This document shows positions 1 to 12,000 of a stretch of 64,000 nucleotides of DNA, one piece after another (position 1 is the stretch's first letter; each line of letters begins with the position of its first letter). Made by a program: the position numbers and the translations under genes. The DNA is from a virus (Duplodnaviria > Caudoviricetes): the IMG/VR virus record IMGVR_UViG_3300005582_000006, positions 12,247-76,246 of that record. The stretch is one strand, 5' to 3'. Under the pieces are notes generated by a model. It was not told the origin of the DNA, ran no database searches, and was given only the letters and a program-made list of their open reading frames with translations.

Positions 1-3000
1 GCATTTAGAGTTGCTGCAAAAATAAATCATCCAGACAAGAATCCTACTGCTAAACCTAATGGCAACATGGAAAGAGTAAATGCTGCTCTTAGGACTTTAT
101 TAGATAGAAACATTCTTATAAGAGCAAGGGCTGAAGCTGGTCCAAAGACCACAGATAATACTAGACGAAATACCTCACCACCACCGCCACCAAAAAGAAA
201 TGCTCAATCAGAAGATCAAATTTTTAGGGCTGTTTTTGGCGATGCTCCAACTAAAGACGAAGCAAGAAGTCAATGGAAAGGCACAAATCCAGAGACATTT
301 ACCAAACCAAATAGATTTGATAGTTTTGAAGCAGTTAGAAATGCTAGTCAATTTAGAGAAAAAGAAGAAGCAGCTAAAACAATGAACGCTTCTTCTGCAT
401 ATAGTGACAGGCTAAGAAAAGCAAAAAGAGGATATGCTAATGGTGGAGATGTAGTTAGACAGAAATTTGCTAGTGGTAAGTTTGTTGCTAAAGATACAAA
501 AGGAAATATTGTTCGTGATAGTGTTGATGGTGCAGACGAAGTTGAAATGGCTGCAAAGATTAGGCAGATGGGATACTTTGTTATATCTCTTGAGCTTGTT
601 GCTGCCAAAAAAGCCTCACAACAAAAACTACAAGAAAGACAAGACAGAAGAGATCAAGCAAAAGAAAGAGCGAAAGAACTTAGAAGATATTGGAATATGA
701 ATGAGACAGACACAGGTGACATTAATACATCTAGACCTCCAAAAAGAGGTAACAGTCTTGCAATAGAAGAATCAGAAAGACGAGAAGAAAATGCTAAAGG
801 AATTGTTTTGTCTGGACCAAGTGGTGCTATTGCTGGAGGTATTACTGGTGCTGTTAGTGGTGCTCTTCTTGGTAATATTCCGGGGGCATTTATTGGTGGC
901 ACTTTAGGATTTGGTGCTGGAGCAGTTGGCGGTATGATGTATGACAAATCAAGAAAATCAGAAGATGAAAAAAATAAAGGTTTGGCTAGATTTTCTTATC
1001 AAGACGAACAGGGCAAAAAAGGAATTATTCCTGCTAGAGATAAAGAAGAAGCAATAAGAAGATTGTCTTTTGATCGTATTACACCAACAAATATGCGGAG
1101 AGTTGCACCAGAAAGATCTTGGGGTGAATATCTCGAACAAAAAAGAAATGATATTTTTGGTATAAAAAAAGCATCAATAGAAGAGACAAATAGGGAATCT
1201 CGTAGCCGTGAAAGAAAATTTAGTAAAAGCATAGGCAAAGGAGATGCCCCACCAATAATGGTAAGGAAACCATCTAAAAAGACCAAAGAATCTAAAAAAT
1301 ATAGTGAAGATATATACAAGCCACTTCCTGCATTAGCATTAGATCCAACTTTAGGAAAATCAGTAGCAATCACAAAAGAAATGATGGAAGAAAGAAAAAA
1401 GGCTAGGGGTTTTGCTTCTGGTGGATTAGTACCAGGAACTGGCAATTCTGACACAGTTCCAATGGACTTAGACGAAGGTTCGTTTGTAATTAAAAAGTCT
1501 TCAGTTAATAGCATAGGCATTGATAATTTAGCTAATGCTCACAAATTTGCATCTGGTGGTAAAGTTCCTGCATTACTCACGCCAGGTGAATATGTATATA
1601 GCCCTAGCGAAGCAAAGAAAATTGGTGCTAATAAACTTCATCAAATGAATAGTTTTGCAAAATTTAAAAAAGGTGGTGAAGTTGGTAATAGTATAGTTAG
1701 TGATACATTTTTAAATAGCCCAAACAACTTAAAGAAAATACTTTTAACATTAGTTGATCAAATAATGGAGTCAGATCCAGAAATATCAAAAAAAGATGCA
1801 AAAGCAGAAGCCACAAGAATTGTAAGTGAAATAAAAGTTCAAAATCAAACATCAAATCAAGCAATTGGAAATGTTGCTAGAGCAGATCAAGATATATCGG
1901 CAGAAAAATCAAATATTGGTGTTTTTAATAAAGAACTAAAGGGTTTTGGTAAAACACTATCTACTTTAGGTAAAGAAGCAACTAGTTTAGCGGAAGCACT
2001 TCAGAAGAATACAGATGCAGCAGATGCTTCATATACTGCTGAATTAGAATTAAGGGCAAAGGGTACAGCAATAGTAGCTGCTAGAGATGCAAAAGTAGCA
2101 GCAGGACAAGATTTAACTAAAGAAAATACAAGGGTTGGATCTGCACAAACAAAAGTAAATGAATTAAAAGATAAAAAGAAAGACATGGAAGAGGCTAGAC
2201 AAGCAAAAATAGATGCAGCAGATCAAAGAATTGCAGCAGCAGAACAAGCAAAAATCACAAAAGAAGCTCAACCAGTAGATTTAACTCAAGAAAATAAAAG
2301 AGTTGTTTCAGCAAAACAAAAAGTCGATGATTTAAAGCAAAAAAAGAAGGACATGCAAGAAGCGAAGCAAGCAAAAATTGATGCAGCGAGTCAAAGACTT
2401 GCAGAAGCAGAAGAAGCAAAAAGATTAAAATCTCAACAGCCAGTAAACTTAAAAAGTGAAACTGCAAAAGTTGGAAATATTACCGGAAGAATTTCTGTTC
2501 TAGAAGCAAGAAAAAAATCTAAATTAGATGCTGGTGAATCAGTTAGAGTTGTGAATGCACAAATAGCAGAAGCAAAAAGACAAAGAGATGTATTGACAAA
2601 ACAGATGGCAGATAAAACTGCTGCTGGACCTAACACAAAAAAAGAACAAGAAGAAATTGATAAAGCAAAAGAGGAATTAGCAAAAGCTAGTAAGCCATTA
2701 AAAACAAAAAACATAGACACAAAAATAATGAGAGCAGAAGATGCTCTTACGCAAGCTACTACTGCAAGAGACAACAAAGTTCCTAACACAAAAAAAGAAC
2801 AGGAAGAAATCGATAAGGCGAAAGCAGAAAAATTGGAAGCTGAAAAACCATTAAAATCAAAAGCAATAGATGCAAAAATAACAAAAGCTGAAAGTGCTTT
2901 GACTACAGCAACAAACGCAAGAGATACCAAGGCAAGAACGGCAGTAGACACATCAAAAGAAGATGCACAAATTTTAAAGTTAAATCAAGATTATCAAAAA

Positions 3001-6000
3001 CTTCTTGATGATAGAAATACAAATGCTCAAAATAGAGTGGCAATAGAAAATAGCATTACTGCTGTTGGAACTAAACAATTAAATGTTCAAAATGAAATTT
3101 TAAAGACAGAACAAAACATAAAAGATGCAGAATCAAACATACAAAAAGCCGAAACAGCAAAAGCAGCAGCAAAAGCATCAGGGGAAAAGGCCACTAGATC
3201 ATTTCAAGTAAATGCAAAGGGTGAGATTGTAAATGAAAAAGGAAGGCCAATTGGACAAACAAAGCCAATAACTACACCTGATTCAATAAAGCAAATTTCA
3301 AAACAAAGAGAAAAAGAATACGCTAAACAAAATGATGGTAAAGCCCCTAGAAAAAGCGAAAGAGAAGATATAAGAAGTGGAATAGTTAATGAATATAGAG
3401 TAGCAACAGAAAAACAACTTAGAGCAAAAGCACAAAAAGAAGGAAAACCTGTTAGCGAATTGCAAATCCAGTCTATGACTGATCAATACACTAAGCAGTT
3501 TGCTCAAGGAAAAAGAGGGGCAGTTTTTAATAAACAAGGTGAAGTAACAGGAGATAAGTCTTTAGGATCAAAATTAATTAAAGGTGGAGATTATAAAGAA
3601 AGTGGCGATTTAACATTCCAAGGTAAGGTAAAAGATTTTGGAAGTAGAGCACTTTTTGGTTCAAAACGGACTGATTTTGAAGCTGGTTCAGAAGGAGAGA
3701 GACAGTTTAAACAAGATAGAGCATCTGGTTACGCCAATAGAATAACAACTGCTGCTGTTGGTGGATCTTTACTTGCTTCTGGAATGAGAGCAGAAGCACC
3801 AGAAGTTTCTTCTCTTGCAAAAGCAAATGAACAAGGAGTAGTTGTTGAAGATAAAGCACAGCAAGAAGCTTATAGGTCCACACTTCAATTTGCTGGTGCT
3901 ATTGAAAAAGCTGGAACATATGCTGCTACTACTGCTACCGCTTTTTCGGCACTTGGGCCAGTAGGTACTCTTGTAGGCGGTGCTTTAGGTGCATTTGTTG
4001 GATTAATAAAAGGTTATGCTGATGGCACTAAAGAAGCAGAGGCACAAATAAGAGAAGTAAAGTTAGGTGCTGCACTAACAGGATTGCAAGGAACATTTGA
4101 TAAATTAAATACTGGTTTAAGAACTTTTGATGATACTATTGCCGAATCAATTGCAGCAAATCAAAAAATTATTACTGAAGCAAACGCTGGAAAAGCATTC
4201 GTTGAAGCTGGTGGAGAGAAAAGTGGTTTTGATAGATTAATATCTGGAATTACTGGTGGCGGTTTTGGTGGATTTGATGTTAAAAAATTCAACGAATTAA
4301 ATTCAAAAAGTCAAAAAGAAGCTGGTGCTGCACAAATAGTTCCACTTACGAACATTTTAAATAAACAAGCCGAACAACTTGGTTCTAGTGCAGTAAGACA
4401 GGCTGGTGGAAATGCTGGAACATTAGACTATAAAGATTTTGCAGCATCATTAGATACCAAATTAACTAGTGGCGGTGGTGGATTTAATAATGCACAAATA
4501 CAAAAAATTGCTAATGCAAGAAATGTAAGCTTTGATGATGTTAAAAAAGAAATTGTAAAAGTAATGAAAGATTCTTTTAAAGCTGCACAATTAGAAAAAA
4601 CTCAAAAAGAAGCAGTAACTGTAAATCAAAGATCTATAAATTCTATGGCATTATTATCAGAAGCAGTTGTTGCTGCTGCTAATTCGGTAGAAAGTTTCTC
4701 TAATAGGTTAAGCACAAATGAGTCATTTTTTAGTGGCGGTATTGGATCAACAAAAGTAACTGGAATTTCTAATCAGTTTGATCAAAAATCAACTCCAGAC
4801 TTTAATTCTTTTAATTCTGCCGTTTCTAAACTTTCTGATTCACTTGGAACTTATGGCAATGAATTTAAGACTCAAGGAAATGCGATTAATGCAGCTTCAC
4901 AAGCATTGCCTTCATTACTTGCTGGTGCAATAGAAGATCCTGTTGGTGGTCAAGATATAGCCGTACAAATAGCTGCTGGTTTAAGAGAAGCTTTAAGTGC
5001 TCAAGGTATTAGTGGGGCTGGAGCAGATAGAGTCGTAAGTTCTGTTGCTGGAAATGTATCTGGACAAGAATACACAAAGCTACTTGCTGAAGCTGGTGGC
5101 GATGTATCTAAAGTTGCAGAAAAACTACTTGGCAATATAAAAGACCCATTTTTAAATGCAGCTAAAGATATAAGTCAAAGATTAGAAAATGCAAGTAATC
5201 AATACATTAGTGGTTTAGAAAATTTAGCTCAAAGACAAAAACAAATTGGCGAATCGTTTAAAAACTTAGAAAGTGCAAAACTACAGAGAGATAAGTTTAC
5301 AGCAGAGACTGTTGCTACAAATGCTGGTTTGCCATCACAAGCAGGGAATTTGATTTCAGTAGATAGACAAATGCAAGGCTTTAGAACAAATCAAGAAAGA
5401 CTTACTGGAACCAAAGGAGCAGAAGCACAGGACTCCAGAGTAATTGGAGATAACTTAAAAAGAACGCAAGAAAGAATTAGGGAATTAGAACCCAAAGTAC
5501 AGAATGCTTCTGGTGCAGAAGGTGGTGGGGCTGCATTTAGAGGTGCAGCATCTGAGTTAGTTAAATTAAAATCAGAAGCTTCAAATTTGCAAGAGTCATT
5601 AAAGAATTTGGCAGATCAATCAAACAATCTTGCTATTTTGGAAGGCAAACTTGGTCAAGTAAGACAAGAAAGAGATAATGAAACTCAAAGAGGAAAAGAG
5701 TTTTTAACGGCAGATCCAAAAGAAAGACAAAAAATATTAAGAGATAGAGTTCAAGGACAAGGACTACTTAAACAAGCACAAGCTCAAGGTGGAAATGTAA
5801 GTAATTTTAGTTCTGGACAAAACAAAGCACTTTTTGCATTCTTAGATAGTTTTGGTCCAGTTGGAAAAGATATTGCAGACAACATTGTGCGTAATACTAC
5901 TGGTTTAGGGAAAAAGAAACCAGAAGAAGATATGTTAGTTGGAAAATTAGCCAAAGTATATGACGAGCAAGTAAAAGCAAATCAAGAGTTAATTGGTAAT

Positions 6001-9000
6001 CAAAGAAGTTTACAGACTGATTATTTTTCTCAGTTGACAAAACAAAATACTACATTTTATTCAAACCTAGATAAATTTATTGCTGGCATGGAAAAAAGTC
6101 AAGTTCAAGATGAAAAAAATAGAGAAGTTGCAAAGTCTGCAAAAATAAAAGATGTTCAAGAAAAAAGTGGTTTTCTTAGAGAAGCTGGAGTAACTGATGA
6201 AAATCTAAAAGATGTTAATGCAAATAAAGGAAAAATATCAGAAGTAATAAAAGCAAGAGAAGCAGCAAAAGAAGAGGAAAAAAGATCTGTAAATATTAAT
6301 GAGTCAATGAGAGAAGGTGATTTCGCACAATCTCTAGGAAGATCATTCACTAAAGATGCAAGAGAAGCAGATGCAGCAAAAGAAATTGGATCAAAAGGAG
6401 AAACATTAAATGACATACTTTCAAAAATAGGATTGACAGGAAAACAAAGCTCTCTAGTTCGTGAGCAAGCAACAATTGCTGTAACTCAAAATAAAGATTT
6501 AAACATAGAAGAAGCAATAAAAATAGCTATAAGACAAGTATCGGGTCAAACAGTTAATGATGCAGAAAAAAGAGTGAGTACAGCAGAAAAAGGTGCTGGA
6601 GCACTTGGCGTTAATATTGCCAATAAAGCACAAGAACAAGGAATAAGTGCAGAAAAGTTTGAATCTAGTCTTGCAGCAGTTACCGAATTAAATCAAGGTA
6701 TTGGGGTAAAACTTACAACGGCAGCAAGTACTGCTACAGCAAATATTGATAGATTATCTGCATCCATTAATAGTTTAGGGGCACAACAACAAGGTATTGC
6801 TCCAGTTAATGTAAATGCTAATCCTGCACAAGCAATTGGATTTGCAGTTGGTGGTCCAGCATTTTCCCCAAGAGGAACTGATACTGTTCCAGCAATGTTG
6901 ACACCAGGAGAATTTGTAGTAAATAGAAGTGCAACACAACGAAATCTCCCACTGCTTCAATCTATAAATAGTGGAAAAACATCGTATTTAGCAGATGGTG
7001 GAGAGGTATTGGGAAAAAGAATAAAAGCATCAGAAGATGTAATGAAAATATGGGATACCCCAGGATTAAAACAAGAAGAAAAAATAGCTTCAATTAGAAA
7101 CATCATAAGCAATAAATATAATTCTCTTAAAGAGTCTTCTTTAACTAATGTTCCTAATGGAATAGAAGGCGAATCAAGAAAGTCTGCTGCTTCTGCAATA
7201 TTGCAAGAGGTTATTTCATCTTTATCAATAGGTCAAATTCCAAAAAATGAAAGTGCTAAAAGGGTAATCGATAGCAATGGTGGAATTGAATCACTTCAAG
7301 ATTTTGGAAATATTTTTGGTGATTTTAAAAGAAAAGGAGATACAGAAAATTCACTAGGTTATAGAACAAAAGAAATAAATGATAATTATGAAAAAATTAA
7401 AAAAGAAATGTTAGATGAAAAGTTATTAGATCCAACAGAATCATATGAAAACTTTAAAAAAGATAATAAATATAATTATGAGTTATTATATAGCAAATAT
7501 GATCCTGCAAACATAAGGACTGCCCTTAATAGTGTGATGATAGAAGCTGGTAGAGATGCAACAGTAAAAGAAAAAGTTGTTGCTGGATTACTTGGTGCTG
7601 GTTCTGCAATTATTGCTGCTCCTATCGCTATTGGTGGCGTAGCTCTTTCTGGTGCTGGAGCTTTAGGAGCGAGTATTAGTGGGGCTTCTGTTACTGCTGC
7701 TGGAGCTACAACTTATGGACTTGGAAAACTTATAATGTCAGAGTCCGCAGAAGAAAAAAAGAGAATGGATTTATTTAAATTGGATGCAGCAATAGCAGAT
7801 CCAATAAACCAAGATAATACACATGGGTATTCTGCTGCTGTTTCAACAGGAGCAAATATTAAAAAGTTTGCAGATTTAGAAACATTGAATTCAAAAAAAG
7901 AATTTGCAGAAGGAATGAAAAGGATAAAAGAAGACTTTAATCATGTTTACAAATATGGAGTTTCTGGAAATGTTAAAACGCCAGGCTGGTGGGGAAAAAC
8001 AAATGAAGAAAAAATGAATACTGATTTATTAAAAGAAACATGGTATTACAAAGGAACTAATGGTGGTGCTATAGATGTAGCAAAAGATGGCTATACATGG
8101 CCAGGTATTCAAAATTATAGTGGTGAAAAGGTTAATACTTTTATTCAGCCCCTTATTGATAAGGCAAATGCTCCAGATCCATCAAACGCACAAAAAATAA
8201 AAAATTACTTAAAAAGAAAAAATATATCTGATAAAACATATTTAATTCCAGATGATTTAAATGATTTAAATCAATTTATTGTAAATCCAGAATATTTAAA
8301 AAGTTTAAATGCTGCTGGCACTAAAGATATAGATGCTAATATAGATGCTAAAATACCACAATATATTGCAACAATAGCAAATTTAAAAGCACAAAAGAAA
8401 GACATTGTTTCAGAAAAGAAACAAGAAAATATAGTTGCCAACATTGCAAACGAAGAAGGCACAACGCCCATAGATACGCAGATAAGAATGGCAGAGAATG
8501 AGGTTCTTGCAGCAAGAGGGAATAAAGAATTAGAATCTAAGAAAAAAGCAGAATTAGAAATATTAAAACTAAGAAGAACAAGCTATAACCAAACTGGATT
8601 AACATCTAATGAAAAGTTAAGAAATGCTTATGGTCAAAATAGACCAGAAATAGATAAGAGCTATGTTGAATCTAAAGCTTATCTTACTCAAATAAAAGAA
8701 GGAACTGGAGAGAAGTTTGTCGCTACAGATATGGGCAAAGAAGACGAGCTTTTCTTAAAGAGACAGGGCGATGCAGGAAGATTAGCACAAATAGGTTTAA
8801 GAAGAGAAGTGCAAGCTAGTGCTATACTTGGCAAAATGGTAAAGCTAAAAGGTATTTTTGCTAAAAATCAAGGCGAAGAATTAAACAAAAAAGAATTTGC
8901 TGAAATTGGTAAAGATCCAAATCAATTAATACCTTTAGGCTTAAAAGAATACAATAATTTATACAGTGGACAAAAAGGAAGTTTAGCAAAAGAAGACTTT

Positions 9001-12000
9001 GATAATCCTAAACTTATACTTCCATTCCAAAAAGAAATTGTTGGATCTTTCTTTAAACAACAAGCAAGCACAAGATCTTTAGCAATAAGTGGTAAGGGTC
9101 TTCTTGACTTTATTGATCAATATTCAAACATAAAAGACACTAAGGGTTTTGTTGAAGCAAAGGTAAAACAAGCTGGACCAGATGCTATACCTTTAGTTGT
9201 AAGGGCGATAGAAGAAGGAAAAATAAATGCGTTGAGCGTTCTTAATGCAGCAGCAGCAAATGTTGGTGGTATAAGCAGAAAGAGCTTAGAAGGTGCTATT
9301 GGAAGAAATAAAGACTTTAATCTATTAGATAAGCTCTCCGAAAAACAAGAAGGAAAAGCACAAAAAATTGTTAAACCATTCTCTGGAATTGATTTTATAG
9401 AAGGTGAAGATGGTGCTTATGCAACTATAAAGGCAGTAAGTGGAAAAGGTCAAGTTTCGATGTCTGCCAATAATACCGCATTAAGAATAGCTGCTCCTTA
9501 CTTGCCAAAATCAATTTATAAACAAGATATTCTTGCTGGAGAAGCATATAACAATGATGGATTAAAAAAATTGGCTGGTGATAGACCAACATTGGGAAGT
9601 CCTAATAGCTCTTTCACATTTCCAGCAGATGGGCCAAGTCTTTTTACTACAGAAGATTTTTTAAATGCTGTAAGTAATTCACAGGGGTACGCAACTATTT
9701 CATCAAAAGCAGTAGTTGTAGAAGAAGATGTTGAAGGTAAGAAACAAAGAAAGATTGATTATAAAAGAAATTTAGATGTTGCAAATATTGAAAATTCTAA
9801 AACTAGAGAGGCGATGAAAAATCGTTTAAAGCGTATAAATGACATAGAGGGAATTAATAAACCGAATCAACCAGAAGAAAATAAAAATGTAGTTAAAGGA
9901 GAACCCAATGAATTTCAAGCTGCAATTATAAAAGAAAAAAATGAACAGAGTGCTCTTGCAGCTAGACTACCTAGAGCAACCAAAGAGCAACAATTATTTG
10001 AAGGCCAATACGGAGAACTAAGTGTTGAAAGTCGATTAAATAGGGGTGAAATAACTAGAGAAGAAGCAGCAGCACAAATAGAACGACAAAGACAAGCTAG
10101 AAAAATGTCATCTGGTGGAATAGTAAACTATCTTTCATCTGGTGGTGTTCCTAGTCATAGTCCTAATCCTGATCCTTCGTTCTTTAAGCCTAAAGGTACA
10201 GATACAGTACCAGCTATGCTTACGCCAGGTGAGTTTGTAATAAATGCCTCTGCTACTGCTAAACATGGCGATTTATTAAGTGCTATAAATAGTGGTAAAG
10301 ATGTTGGATATTCTGCTACTGGTGGAATAATTTATTTAGAAGATGGTGGAGAAGCAAGAAAAAAAGCATTTTATGAAAAAATGAATAAGCGAAAAAATGA
10401 CGAAGAAAAATTAAGATATTTAGTTGATGATAAAGATAAAGATAAAAATACCTACATGCAAGACAGAAAAGATGATTTAGAATCTACTGCTAATAGGGCA
10501 ACTCAAACTTTTTCTCGTAGGCAGAACCAATTTATACAAGATGAAGACAAGAGCAATAATGCTGGAACAGAAATGGTTTTTAATGCTATGGGGATGACTG
10601 GACTTGCAAAAGCAGGAATATCTGCAATTTCAAAATTTGCAATGAGTCCATCACTTAACGCTGCTGGTCAGGGAGCAAAAAATATTGGGAAAAACTATTT
10701 TAAATACGAAGCACAAAATCAAGTGCAAAACACAGGTATAGATATTTTTAAGTCAAATGCGGAAAAATTACTTAGATATGCAAGCGGTGGATTAGTAAGT
10801 TATTTATATGATGGTGGATACTTAAAAAGAAGAGCAAACTTAGCTTCTTATAGTGGCAGTGAAAATGAATATGTTACAGATCAAGAAGAAGTTGGTAAAC
10901 AAAATACGGCAAATATAACCAATAGAATAGCAGCAAAGAATCAAGCTGAAAACAATGCATTTCAAATGTTTTCTAACATTAGATTTAATGACGGAACTGG
11001 TAGTCTTTTTGACAATACACAATCTGGATTTTCTACTGGATCTGGTGGTGTTTCTGCTCAACAAGCACTATCTTTTCAAGATCCAACTAAGCCTGGTGGA
11101 GAAGGCATAACATCAGCAGCAATGGGTATGATTGGAGATGTTCAATCCAGAATGAAGGGTAATAAAAATCCATATGGAAATATTTCTGTTACTGGTGCAG
11201 AATTAAACGAATTAAAATCTGCAAAAGCAAATGAACCAGAAATACAGAAGAGGTATGATGAATATAAAAAGTTTATAGAAGAACAAAAAAAACAACAAGA
11301 AGAAGAATCTGGTAGTACATATGCAAGTTTGGGGGGATTGATTTATGCTCAAGGTGGACTTTATCTTCCTCGTAATAATTATAGACCATATGTTTCAATT
11401 CCAGATAGCAGTTACACAGGTAGCGGAGGTTACTTTGGTGATAATGAATCTATTAATAATGGTGGGGGTTATTTTGGTGAAAGTGGAGATAAAATAGAAA
11501 GACAACAAAAACTTTACGAAATTCAAAAGAAAAAACAAAAAAGTCCTCGTTACCTACAAGCAGAACAATATCAACAACAACAATTTCAACTTAGAAATCA
11601 AGCATATCAATCACAACAACGAAAATCGCAAAATCCTAAACGACAACAACAGCCAGAACAATGGCAAATAAATTGGCAACAACAGCAACAAGCAAGTGGA
11701 TATAAAAATCCATATGCAGCATTGCAATCAAAACCAATGTTTCCAGAACAGAGACAACAACAATCAGAAAATTTTCAAAATCAAAGGGCATATCAAGCAA
11801 AGCAAGAAATGTATGGCGGTCCTAGTGCCCAACCAGTATTTCAAGCAAGTAACTATGCAGGAAGTTTCTTTAATCAAGTTCCACAGCAACAACAAGTAGC
11901 ACAAGACCCAAAACGAAAACAATTAAGTTTGTTTAGAATGAATCTAGGGTCATATAGTTCTGGTGGTAATGTAGATACTATTCCAGCTATGTTAACTCCT

